A stretch of 64,000 nt of DNA from contig OZ245366.1 of the NCBI GenBank assembly GCA_965226585.1, positions 96,001 through 160,000 on the forward strand, given 5' to 3'. This stretch comes from Thermodesulfobacteriota bacterium. Lineage in GTDB: Bacteria > Desulfobacterota_D > UBA1144 > Nemesobacterales > Mycalebacteriaceae. Position numbers and translations under genes: made by a program. Of this stretch, positions 27,836-37,049 are shown in pieces. The notes beneath the pieces are model-generated. The model searched no databases, was not told the origin of the DNA, and worked only from the letters and a program-made list of their open reading frames with translations. Position 1 is the stretch's first letter. The number at the start of each line of letters is the position of its first letter.

Positions 27836-29962
27836 ATGCCGAAGCAAGATTATATCCAAGAAATACTGAAAGACAGTAAACACAGTCTTTCCCTCTTTTC
27901 GCTGAAAGAGGTAAAAGATTTAGAAAGAAGAATCTTTACTAAAGAGTCCAAAAGTAAGAACGGTCAACCCAAGAATGTTCCGTATATCAAGTGTGTTGTA
28001 AGAGAGAAAGACATACAACTGAAGCCCGAAGAGGTTGTCCGGCAACTCTATGCTTCAAGACTCATAAATGGATACGGCTACGGCAAAGACAGATTAACCT
28101 TTGAATACCAAGTCACCTTCGGGAAAGAGAAAAAGAAAGCCGACATAGCAATATCTGACAAAAACCGTTCTGACAGCCCATACATCATAATTGAAATAAA
28201 GAAGCCATCGCTCCAAGAAGGCAAAAACCAATTACGTTCTTACTGCAACGCCACTGGAGCACCTATCGGCGTATGGACAAACGGCGGAAAAATCTCGCAT
28301 TACAACAGGAAAGACCCAAACTATTTTGAAGACATAACAGATATACCAAAAGAAAACCAAACTCTGCAAAACATTCTCAGTGAAAGATTCACGCTCAGAG
28401 ATTTGATTATCAAAGACAAACTCGCAAATGAACGTAAATCTTTGAAAGATGTCATATTGGAAATGGAGGATGAAGTTCTGGCAAACGCAGGGGTTGATGT
28501 GTTTGAGGAAGTCTTCAAACTGATATTCACCAAACTTTACGATGAATTTTTAAGTCAGGAAGACAAAACAATAATTAACCATCGCCTCAAGTTGGTTACA
28601 AAAACTGCGGCAAGTGAGGAACCCAAACTGTATGGAGGTCCCGCCCCAAGTTATCTTGAAGGGTCGGACTATGAGGCATTGAAAAATGCTGTGGAAAGAA
28701 TTGATAACCTCCTGATGGGCAGAGATATGGAGTTCAGAAATACGGGGCAAACAGACTCTGAACTCAAAGAAAAGATACAAGAACTCTTTGACGAAGCAAA
28801 GGAGCAGTGGAAAGGGGTATTTCCTGAAGAATCATCTTTTGAATTATCAGATAGTCACCTGTCTATATGCGTATCCAGTTTGCAGGATGTGAAGCTTTTT
28901 AACTCCAATCTACTGGTCGTAGATGAAGCGTTTGAATATCTCGTCAACAAGTCAGCCAAAGGAGAAAAAGGGCAGTATTTCACTCCTCGCCATGTGATTG
29001 ATATGTGCGTTCAGATGCTAAATCCCAAGAGGGGTGAATATATGATTGACACTGCCTCCGGAAGTTGTGGTTTTCCCGTGCATACAATCTTCAAACTGAC
29101 CGAAAATTTGTTTACCAACACGGAAATCTCACAAAAAGATAAGCAAGACATTCTAAAAGTTTTTGGAATTGATTTTGATGAAAAGACAGTGCGTGTTGCC
29201 CGCACCCTGAACTTGATTGCGGGGGATGGAGAAACCAATGTACTGCATTTGAACACATTGGACTTTGATCGCTGGAATGACAAAACCGAAAAAGACGCAA
29301 AGTGGATCAACACCTACGGTAAAGGCTTTAAGCGGCTGGAAAAGCTCAGAACCGAAAAAAAGGGAAACAAGCAATTTAACTTCGATATATTGATGGCAAA
29401 TCCACCATTTGCTGGAGACATTAAGGAAGGTCGCATCCTGCACAAGTATGAGTTGGGATTTAAAGCAGATGGCAAGGCACAGGACAAGGTCGGAAGAGAG
29501 ATTCTATTTATTGAAAGAAACCTCAACTTTCTCAAACCTGGTGGTCGCATGGCAATTGTGTTACCTCAAGGCCGCCTCAACAACACTTCAGACAAATACA
29601 TCCGGGAATTTATTGCCCACCATGGACGTATCCTTGCGGTGGTAGGCTTGCACGGCAATACTTTCAAACCTCATACTGGTACTAAAACCAGCGTACTGTT
29701 CGTGCAGAAATGGCACGATAAATTGTGTCCCGAAATGGATGACTACCCCATCTTTTTTGCGGTGTCAGAAAAGGGCGGTAAAAACAATTCAGGTGATTAT
29801 ATCTACGTCAAAAATAAAAATGGACAATATGAACTGGATAAAAACGGACACCTGATTGTTGACCACGACATGCATAATCACGATGGAAAATTACCGGAAG
29901 GCATAGCAGAAGCGTTTATTAAATGGGCAAAAGATGAAAGTTTGTCATTCTGGATGGAGTGA
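27836..29962 (+). CDS. Fused restriction endonuclease/N6-adenine methyltransferase (Type IIG/IIB, HsdR_N plus HsdM-like)
   Basis: N-terminal PEEVVRQ...ADIAI...IIEIKK (PD-(D/E)xK); GQYFTPRHV, DTASGSCGF (motif I), NPPF (motif IV); no helicase motifs; probable start ATG 27836. Confidence 0.85.
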   Translation: MPKQDYIQEILKDSKHSLSLFSLKEVKDLERRIFTKESKSKNGQPKNVPYIKCVVREKDIQLKPEEVVRQLYASRLINGYGYGKDRLTFEYQVTFGKEKKKADIAISDKNRSDSPYIIIEIKKPSLQEGKNQLRSYCNATGAPIGVWTNGGKISHYNRKDPNYFEDITDIPKENQTLQNILSERFTLRDLIIKDKLANERKSLKDVILEMEDEVLANAGVDVFEEVFKLIFTKLYDEFLSQEDKTIINHRLKLVTKTAASEEPKLYGGPAPSYLEGSDYEALKNAVERIDNLLMGRDMEFRNTGQTDSELKEKIQELFDEAKEQWKGVFPEESSFELSDSHLSICVSSLQDVKLFNSNLLVVDEAFEYLVNKSAKGEKGQYFTPRHVIDMCVQMLNPKRGEYMIDTASGSCGFPVHTIFKLTENLFTNTEISQKDKQDILKVFGIDFDEKTVRVARTLNLIAGDGETNVLHLNTLDFDRWNDKTEKDAKWINTYGKGFKRLEKLRTEKKGNKQFNFDILMANPPFAGDIKEGRILHKYELGFKADGKAQDKVGREILFIERNLNFLKPGGRMAIVLPQGRLNNTSDKYIREFIAHHGRILAVVGLHGNTFKPHTGTKTSVLFVQKWHDKLCPEMDDYPIFFAVSEKGGKNNSGDYIYVKNKNGQYELDKNGHLIVDHDMHNHDGKLPEGIAEAFIKWAKDESLSFWME

Positions 29963-31365
29963 TAAGGATGCAGTTTTCTGTTATAAATTTCTCTGAAGTA
30001 AATTTGCATCCCGATTATCGCTGGGATGGAGAATATCTATGTTCCAAACCATATAAAAATGTTGATATCAACTATGTAACCGTTGGTGAAGTATTACTAT
30101 CAACTCAGTATGGCTTGTCCATCAAAATGAACGAAGAAGGAAACGGGAAAAAAATATATCGAATGAATGAAATTAGCAATATGATGTGTGAGCGTAACAT
30201 ATTGAAATACGCTCCTATTAGTGAAGTAGAAACTGCCAGATATTTGCTAAAAGATAAAGATGTTCTATTTAATCGTACCAATTCGCAACTTTTTGTTGGT
30301 CGAACAGGTATTTTCAGGTCGTTCTCTGATGAGCCGTTTGTTTTTGCTTCATATCTTGTCCGCATGGTACCTAATTCTGATATGGTTACTCCAGAATACT
30401 TAACTGCCTTTCTAAACACAAGCTATGGAATACTAGATGTAAAACGAAGAGCAAGAGCATCTATAAATCAATCAAATGTTAATGCTGAAGAGTTAAAACG
30501 TGTTGAAATACCTCTGGTTTCTCGTGAACTCCAAGAGAAAATCACAAAAATATTTGATCAGGCATTTAAGCTTATTCAAGAATCAGAATTTAAGTTCAAA
30601 CAATCTCAAGACATCATCCTTCCTGAACTCGGACTATCAAACTGGCAACCAAAACACCAACCAACCTTTATAAAAAACTATTCCGACACCCAAACAGCAG
30701 AACGCATTGATGCGGAATATTACCAACCTAAATATGAAAGTCTCATAAAAGCCATTCAACGCTACTCTGGTGGTTGCGATGAACTGAAGAACTTAACAAC
30801 GATTAAGGATAAAAACTTTGAACCCAAGGATAAAAAACAGTATAAGTATATAGAGTTGGCCAATATCGCAGAAAGGGGCGAGATTAGAGATTGCATGGTT
30901 GAAATGGGACAAGATTTACCCACAAGAGCAAGGCGTAAAGTGTCAACCGGGGACGTTATAGTCTCTTCTATTGAAGGCTCTTTGTCCAGCATTGCTATTA
31001 TAGAAAAACAACTCAACAATGGGCTTTGCTCAACAGGATTCCATGTTGTCGAGCCTACGTATTTTAACTCAGAAACATTGTTCGTGTTAATGAAAAGCTT
31101 TGTTGGTCAGATACAACTGAAAAAAGGATGTAGTGGAACCATACTAACCTCAATAAGTAAAGAAGAAGTAGAAAAGATAACGTTGCCAAAGATACAAAAA
31201 AAGAAACAAAAACAAATTCAGCAAAAAATCACAAAAACAGTTGAACTTAGGGAGAAATCCAAACTACTGTTAAATGTTGCCAAACAAGCCGTGGAGATAG
31301 CAATAGAGAAAGATGAAAAATCAGCGATAAAATGGCTCAAGGAAAAGACAAAAAATGTCAAATAA
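29959..31365 (+). CDS. Specificity (HsdS-like) subunit with two TRDs
   Basis: Two repeats: DVLFNRTN..VGRT..FASYLVR and GDVIVSSIEGS..CSTGF; RIDAEYYQPKY; overlaps the RM stop. Confidence 0.85.
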   Translation: MIRMQFSVINFSEVNLHPDYRWDGEYLCSKPYKNVDINYVTVGEVLLSTQYGLSIKMNEEGNGKKIYRMNEISNMMCERNILKYAPISEVETARYLLKDKDVLFNRTNSQLFVGRTGIFRSFSDEPFVFASYLVRMVPNSDMVTPEYLTAFLNTSYGILDVKRRARASINQSNVNAEELKRVEIPLVSRELQEKITKIFDQAFKLIQESEFKFKQSQDIILPELGLSNWQPKHQPTFIKNYSDTQTAERIDAEYYQPKYESLIKAIQRYSGGCDELKNLTTIKDKNFEPKDKKQYKYIELANIAERGEIRDCMVEMGQDLPTRARRKVSTGDVIVSSIEGSLSSIAIIEKQLNNGLCSTGFHVVEPTYFNSETLFVLMKSFVGQIQLKKGCSGTILTSISKEEVEKITLPKIQKKKQKQIQQKITKTVELREKSKLLLNVAKQAVEIAIEKDEKSAIKWLKEKTKNVK

Positions 31366-32428
31366 GTTGCAATTAACTAAAGCACAAAAGATTTGGCTCC
31401 AAGAGATTCATAAATTGGGAAATGACTTCTTCCCAAGTTCTGCAAGGGTTATCTTGCGTAAAAAGTTAGGAAAGGATTTTTCGGCAGAAAAAATACCTCA
31501 TGTTTGTTTTTATGACCCAAAACATCTTTCTCTGATTGGTATAAGAGAAATCAACCCAAACTCGCAAATTCTTAAAGATGCTGATTCTGTGATTAGGTGT
31601 CTCAAGAAGCATATAGAGTCGGGGAAATACCCCATTCCCAAACTTCAAACCAAGGATATTAAGGAACAAGTAGGCGTTGGCGATATAGATATAATTAAAA
31701 TTTTAGACCTGATAGAAAGGATAGATCTACGTATCCACCAAAAACCCGGATTCGATTGGAAGGAAAACAAACCCTATAGTGAACAAATAAACACAGTCTC
31801 TTTCTCTATGGAAGACAGAGAGTACCAATCCATTGATGATTTGGGACGAGATGCACACTATCTAGACAGTTTCCTTGAGTATGAAGATTTAGACACTTCA
31901 ATGGACAAGTGGTTGGGCAGGTTTGGTGGACAGCCTAACACATATCCGCAATCCATTTTTTTACAACAAAAAGAAAAATCTCAAGAAACAGAGCCGGTCA
32001 AAGAAAATACCGCTTTTATAATGATGCGGATAAACAAAGATGATATTGAAACCAACGCAGTTAAAGAAGCAATAAAGGAAACTTGCGGGAGATTTGGAAT
32101 TGAAGCCAGCACCGTTGATGAAATTGAACATCAGGAAAAAATTACTGATGTGATAACAAAAGAAATTAAGGCGTGTAAATACCTGATAGCAGACATTACA
32201 GGTTCCCGTCCCAATGTTTACTACGAAATTGGATACGCGCACGCATTGGAAAAAGTTCCCGGAGTTGTTCTGTTAAAACACAAAAAAGAAGAGTCCCACT
32301 TTGACATTGGGCAACATAAGACCAGCGAGTATAACAATCTTCAGGAACTGAAAACAATTCTCAGTGAAAGGTTGGAATACATTACAGGGAAAAAACCGAG
32401 TTCGGACGACAAAACGACAACAAAATAA
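31355..32428 (+). CDS. Unknown N-terminal domain plus C-terminal nucleoside 2-deoxyribosyltransferase/TIR-like domain
   Basis: AFIMM...IKETC..GIE..VDEIEH..ITDVI..I...LIADITGSRPNVYYEIGYAHAL...FDI. Confidence 0.7.
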   Translation: MSNKLQLTKAQKIWLQEIHKLGNDFFPSSARVILRKKLGKDFSAEKIPHVCFYDPKHLSLIGIREINPNSQILKDADSVIRCLKKHIESGKYPIPKLQTKDIKEQVGVGDIDIIKILDLIERIDLRIHQKPGFDWKENKPYSEQINTVSFSMEDREYQSIDDLGRDAHYLDSFLEYEDLDTSMDKWLGRFGGQPNTYPQSIFLQQKEKSQETEPVKENTAFIMMRINKDDIETNAVKEAIKETCGRFGIEASTVDEIEHQEKITDVITKEIKACKYLIADITGSRPNVYYEIGYAHALEKVPGVVLLKHKKEESHFDIGQHKTSEYNNLQELKTILSERLEYITGKKPSSDDKTTTK

Positions 32429-32455
32429 AGCCATTTCACTATTCCGGTTCTCTAC

Positions 32456-32736
32456 TCACCCTACCCTCCTCATCACAAACCTTCCGCCTCTGTCAAAGGT
32501 ATTGACAAAACAGCCGCGAATCAGGTTCTCGCTCTCAACAACGCCGAAAAACAGCGCGATGAGGTCACCCTTTGCGGTATATCTTCTGATTGTAAGCAGA
32601 CTTTTTGAGTCCGCAGGAGCGTTTTCGGGACGGCAAACCATCTCCCCGGTGATTCTTGACTGACTTTTTTCCGGGTCAGGGTTTTCCTCTCCACTGGAAA
32701 CCCTTCAAGTTCCCAATCTCCGGCAATGTTTTCCAA
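32456..32736 (-). pseudogene. Probable small beta-barrel protein gene split by a 1-bp frameshift
   Basis: Frame A MENIAGDWELEGF starts right after the upstream gene; frame B is open 32704-32456 (SSGEENPDPEKSQSRITGEMVCR...RGGRFVMRRVG); shift at GGGTTT near 32700. Confidence 0.45.
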
Positions 32737-32739
32737 AAT

Positions 32740-33327
32740 CTACTCTTTGTCCGCTTCGCCGTCTGCGGGAGCATCTTCCGCTTTCTCCGCTTTTTCTGCG
32801 GACTTATCTTCTTTCACTTCTTCTTTCACTTCCTCAGCCGGAGCAGATTCTTCTTTCGGCTCCTCTTTTACCTCTTCCGCAGGCGCGGCTTCCTCGGCAG
32901 ATTTTTTCTCCTCTGCGGGCTTTTCCTCTGTCTTTACCTCTTCCTCTTTCTTCTCAGGCTCGGCGGGAGCAGACGCCTTCTCTTCTTTCTTCTCTTCCTT
33001 TGCTTCCGGCTCTGCGGGTTTCTCATCCGCCGCCTTTTCCTCTTTCGCGCCCTCTGTCTTTTCTTCCTTCGGCGCTTCGCCCTTTTCTTCTTGTTTACCC
33101 TCTTCCTTCTCCGCGCCCTTCGCTTCACCTTCAGCGGGGGCTTCCTTCTTCGGCTCCTCTTTTACGGGTTCGGGAGGAATCGGCACGTTCAAAATACCCT
33201 CCTCAACAAGAACCTTTATCTTGTCGCGTCCGTTGACGGGGCGTTTGCGCTTTGAAGTGCGGACGGCGTGACGGCCGTCTGCGCGTTCGTAGATTATGTA
33301 CTCTTTCGTTCTTTTGATGACTTTCAT
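32740..33327 (-). CDS. Hypothetical protein: basic about 50-aa N-terminal domain plus long E/K/A/P-rich disordered tail
   Basis: Strong SD (AGGAG/GGGA) before ATG 33327; MKVIKRTKEYIIYERADGRHAV..VNGRDKIKVL, then low complexity. Confidence 0.75.
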   Translation of the reverse strand: MKVIKRTKEYIIYERADGRHAVRTSKRKRPVNGRDKIKVLVEEGILNVPIPPEPVKEEPKKEAPAEGEAKGAEKEEGKQEEKGEAPKEEKTEGAKEEKAADEKPAEPEAKEEKKEEKASAPAEPEKKEEEVKTEEKPAEEKKSAEEAAPAEEVKEEPKEESAPAEEVKEEVKEDKSAEKAEKAEDAPADGEADKE

Positions 33328-33524
33328 GGCTTTCCCTTTCTCCTTCTGATACTCGGTTGGATTTGCTCGCCGGCACTCACCGCCCGGAGCAGACGCTAAC
33401 TCTACAACACCGGCAAAACTATGCAAACGGTGTTTTCATCTTGAAATCGCTCTCTCAATGAAGCACAATTTAAGGAAAGGAACCGCCGCCGGTCCGCCCT
33501 CTGCCGGAACCGGCCGTCAAATCA

Positions 33525-33971
33525 ATGAACATACTTGTAATCCACGGGCCTAACTTGGGTCTTCTCGGAAAGAGAGAACCCGAAATATACGGCAGTGAAA
33601 CACTTGACGATATAAACGCCGGGCTTTCCGCCCTCGCCGGAGAGATTAACCCCCCGGTAAAACTTGAGTTCTTCCAAAACAACTCGGAAGGCGAAATTGT
33701 GGGCGCGATACAAGGCGCGCTGGGCAAATTTGACGGCATTCTTATAAACCCCGCCGCCTACACTCACACAAGCGTTGCCCTGAGAGACGCAATACTCTCG
33801 GTTGGCGTTCCGGTGGTGGAAGTTCACATCTCAAACATTCACAAAAGAGAGGAGTTCAGGCATAACTCTTTTGTATCTCCCGTGGCGGTGGGCGTTGTGT
33901 CCGGCTTCGGGGCGGGAAGCTACGCTCTGGGGCTTCGGGGCTTGCTTGAACATCTGGCTGACAGCAAATGA
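33525..33971 (+). CDS. aroQ: Type II 3-dehydroquinate dehydratase
   Basis: [39 protein letters not shown]. Confidence 0.96.
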   Translation: MNILVIHGPNLGLLGKREPEIYGSETLDDINAGLSALAGEINPPVKLEFFQNNSEGEIVGAIQGALGKFDGILINPAAYTHTSVALRDAILSVGVPVVEVHISNIHKREEFRHNSFVSPVAVGVVSGFGAGSYALGLRGLLEHLADSK

Positions 33972-35716
33972 AAAACAACTGGATTATCAAAGATCAAAAC
34001 CCCGAACTCAGCGCGGAACTGGCGCGCGAGTTGAACGTTACACCCCTTGTGGGACAACTGCTTATAAACCGGGGAATAGACACGGACGAAAGCGCGCGGC
34101 GGTTTTTTGAAAGCGGCATCAGGGAACTTCCAAGCCCCTTTCTGATGGCGGGAATGGAAGCCGCGGTTGAGCGGATAGTGAAAGCCGTGGCGGACACCGA
34201 AACAGTGGCGGTTTACGGAGACTATGACGCGGACGGCGTTACATCCACATCCCTGCTGTGCGGATTTCTGCGCTCCCTTGAGGTGGACGCAATCTACTTT
34301 ACCCCTCACAGAGTGAAAGACGGATACGGGATAAACGAGCGCGCCGTGAAAGAACTGGGGGCGCGAGGGGCAACGCTGATAGTTTCAACCGATTGCGGCA
34401 TAACGGCGGACAAAGAGGTGGAAGCCGCAAAAGGAATGGGCATAGACTTTGTCGTTACAGACCACCACCTTCCGGGAGAGCGGATTCCGGACGCGGTTGC
34501 GGTTGTGAACCCGAAACTGCCCGGCTGCGAGTACCCCGAAAAAGACATAGCGGGAGTGGGCGTGGCGTTCAACCTCGCCCTCGCGGTGAGAGCGCGTTTG
34601 AGAGAAAACGGCTTTTTTGACTCGCGGGAAGAGCCCAACATGGCGCACTATCTGGATTTGGTCGCCATCGGCACGGTTACCGACAGAGTGCCGCTTGAGG
34701 GCGCGAACAGGATTATGGTCAAAGAGGGAATCAAAAGAATGAAGGCGCGCGCAAGACCCGGAATAGAAGCCCTCAAGAAAGTCAGCCGCATAAACGGCAG
34801 TATGAACTCAGGCGACATAGGTTACAGAATAGGTCCCCGCATAAACGCGGCGGGCAGAATCAGCGGGCCCGAAACGGCGGTGGAACTTCTGCTTTCAGAA
34901 AGCTCAGAGCAGGCGCAGGAAATAGCAAGGCGTCTGGATGAGCAGAACAGAAGCCGCCAGCAGCTTGAAAGAGACGCGCTCTCTGAAGCCATATCCGTCA
35001 TAGAAAGCGGCGAGGGCGGCAACTCTGCGTGCATAGTGGTCGCGTCTCGCAACTGGCATCCCGGAATCATAGGTCCCGTTGCGTCAAAAATTGTTGACAG
35101 ATATTCAAAACCCGCTTTCGCAATCTCCGTGGACGAGGACGGAACCGGCAGGGGTTCGGGCAGAAGCATTGAAAACTTGAACCTTTTTGAAGTCCTCAAA
35201 CATTGCGGCGGAATGCTTGAAAGATGCGGCGGACACGCAATGGCGGCGGGAATAACTGTTTCAGAAGACAAGATTGACACCTTCAGAGACGCCCTTGAAG
35301 AGTATCTCGGTAAAACCCCGGGAGACGCAAAACAAACGCAAGCGGAGAAAACCCACACAATAGACGCAAAGGTCGGCATCTGTGACCTGTCAATTGAAAT
35401 GGTGAGACAGATGGAAGTGCTTGAACCCTTCGGCAGTGGAAACCCGAACCCGCTTCTGCTTCTTGAGGGCGCGAACATAGTTTCGCACAACATCATAAAC
35501 GGCGCGCACATCAAACTGTTTGTGGAAGGCGGAAACGGAAGCGGGCAGATTGAAGCCATCTGGTGGAACGCCGTGGGAAGAGACGGCTCGGAAGAACCGG
35601 AAGGACTCTCAGACCTGGTTTTCACTCCGGAAATCAATACATGGGGAAACAGGCAGAAACTTTCTCTCAGGATGGTGGATTTGAACAAATCGCAAAGCGG
35701 CGGCGGGAGCGGATGA
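33968..35716 (+). CDS. recJ: ssDNA exonuclease RecJ
   Basis: [46 protein letters not shown]. Confidence 0.96.
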   Translation: MKNNWIIKDQNPELSAELARELNVTPLVGQLLINRGIDTDESARRFFESGIRELPSPFLMAGMEAAVERIVKAVADTETVAVYGDYDADGVTSTSLLCGFLRSLEVDAIYFTPHRVKDGYGINERAVKELGARGATLIVSTDCGITADKEVEAAKGMGIDFVVTDHHLPGERIPDAVAVVNPKLPGCEYPEKDIAGVGVAFNLALAVRARLRENGFFDSREEPNMAHYLDLVAIGTVTDRVPLEGANRIMVKEGIKRMKARARPGIEALKKVSRINGSMNSGDIGYRIGPRINAAGRISGPETAVELLLSESSEQAQEIARRLDEQNRSRQQLERDALSEAISVIESGEGGNSACIVVASRNWHPGIIGPVASKIVDRYSKPAFAISVDEDGTGRGSGRSIENLNLFEVLKHCGGMLERCGGHAMAAGITVSEDKIDTFRDALEEYLGKTPGDAKQTQAEKTHTIDAKVGICDLSIEMVRQMEVLEPFGSGNPNPLLLLEGANIVSHNIINGAHIKLFVEGGNGSGQIEAIWWNAVGRDGSEEPEGLSDLVFTPEINTWGNRQKLSLRMVDLNKSQSGGGSG

Positions 35717-35717
35717 A

Positions 35718-37049
35718 GTGAAAAAGATAACCATCATAGGGGCGGGTCAAGTTGGAACCCTTCTCGCCGAAGACCTTTCCCAGCAACAGCACGACATTGT
35801 GCTTATCGAGCGGGACAGGGAGAAAATCAAACTTATAAAAGACGGTCTTGACATCATGTGCGTTGAGGGAGACGCGAGCGAGCCGCAAGTTCTTGAGGAA
35901 GCGGACATAGGAAAATCCGATGTTGTTCTCGCGGTTTCCGGTGATGATAAAACAAACATCATGTGCGCCATTTCGGCAAACCTTATGGGAGTGCCCGGCG
36001 CGGTGGCAAAGGTCAGAAATCCGGAATACACCCCCTACGCGAGTATGCTGAGGCGGCAGGGGATTTCCATAATCAACCCCGGAGAGATTATCTCGAAAAA
36101 CATCGTCAACACGGTAAAAGAATCACATTTCGCGTGGAGCGACAGCAAGATAGGAAACGGCAAAATAGACCTGTTCAAACTCAGAGTCGGCGAAGATTCG
36201 AAGATGCTGAACACCCCGCTTAGCGAACTGCGGGTTTCCCCCTGGATATTTGTTGGAGTGGCGAGAGAGGGCGGAATGCTGATACCTTCGGGCGAAACCG
36301 CCCTTCTGCCCGGCGACAGCGTTTACGCTCTGGGAGATTCCGACAGGCTCGGAAACCTGACAGACGCCATGGGGCTTGACGAAGAGGACGAATCCACGCA
36401 CATAGTAATCATCGGGGCGGGAAGGCTCGGCAAACTGACCGCCTCCCTGCTTCACAAAAGCGGAGCCACGGTAAAGGTGATAGAGAGCGACCCCCTGAGG
36501 GCGTCCGAAATTGCCGAGGAGGTTCCCGGCATTATCGTTCTGAGCGGAGACGCGACTGACGTGAAAATCCAGAAGGAAGCCGGAGTGGAAGCGGCGGACT
36601 ACCTCATAGCCCTCACCGGCGATGACGGCGAAAACATTTTGAGCGCGCTTCTCGCCCGCCGCCTCGGAGCCAAAAGAAGCATAGTGCTTTACACAAAACC
36701 GGACTATGTGGATGTGCTTGAAACCATCGGGATAGATATCTCCGTGAGCGTACGCATCTCGGTTGTGAACGAAATCCTTTCCATGCTTGACCTCGGCGTG
36801 TCCATGAGGACAACCCTTCTTGAGGAGGGGCGCGGAGAGATTCTGGAGTTCGTTGTGGGAGAAGAATCAGAGATACTCGGCAAACCGCTTAAAAACGCCA
36901 ACCTTCCCGAAGGCTGTATCGTGGGCGTGTGCATAAGGAACGATGAAACGATAATCCCGCAGGGCAGTTTCACCCCGCAGATAAACGACACTATAATTGT
37001 TTTCACACTTCCCGAAGCGGTAAAAAAAGTTGAGAAGGCGATACTTTAA
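35718..37049 (+). CDS. trkA: Trk potassium uptake NAD-binding subunit
   Basis: Two RCK repeats (IIGAGQVG, IIGAGRLG); followed by trkH. Confidence 0.92.
   Translation: MKKITIIGAGQVGTLLAEDLSQQQHDIVLIERDREKIKLIKDGLDIMCVEGDASEPQVLEEADIGKSDVVLAVSGDDKTNIMCAISANLMGVPGAVAKVRNPEYTPYASMLRRQGISIINPGEIISKNIVNTVKESHFAWSDSKIGNGKIDLFKLRVGEDSKMLNTPLSELRVSPWIFVGVAREGGMLIPSGETALLPGDSVYALGDSDRLGNLTDAMGLDEEDESTHIVIIGAGRLGKLTASLLHKSGATVKVIESDPLRASEIAEEVPGIIVLSGDATDVKIQKEAGVEAADYLIALTGDDGENILSALLARRLGAKRSIVLYTKPDYVDVLETIGIDISVSVRISVVNEILSMLDLGVSMRTTLLEEGRGEILEFVVGEESEILGKPLKNANLPEGCIVGVCIRNDETIIPQGSFTPQINDTIIVFTLPEAVKKVEKAIL

Larger units (their letters stand above)
26761..32428. other. AT-rich defence islet (TA pair, RM, effector); no integrase seen
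   Basis: Abrupt compositional shift right after the murJ stop; all five genes are defence or TA-type. Confidence 0.75.

Noticed and set aside
26740..32470. att sites or terminal repeats bounding the defence islet
   Set aside because: Only weak purine-rich similarity at the ends; no convincing direct or inverted repeat and no recombinase.
32656..33271. Long Phe/Ser-rich plus-strand ORFs
   Set aside because: Antisense shadows of the low-complexity E/K-rich gene.
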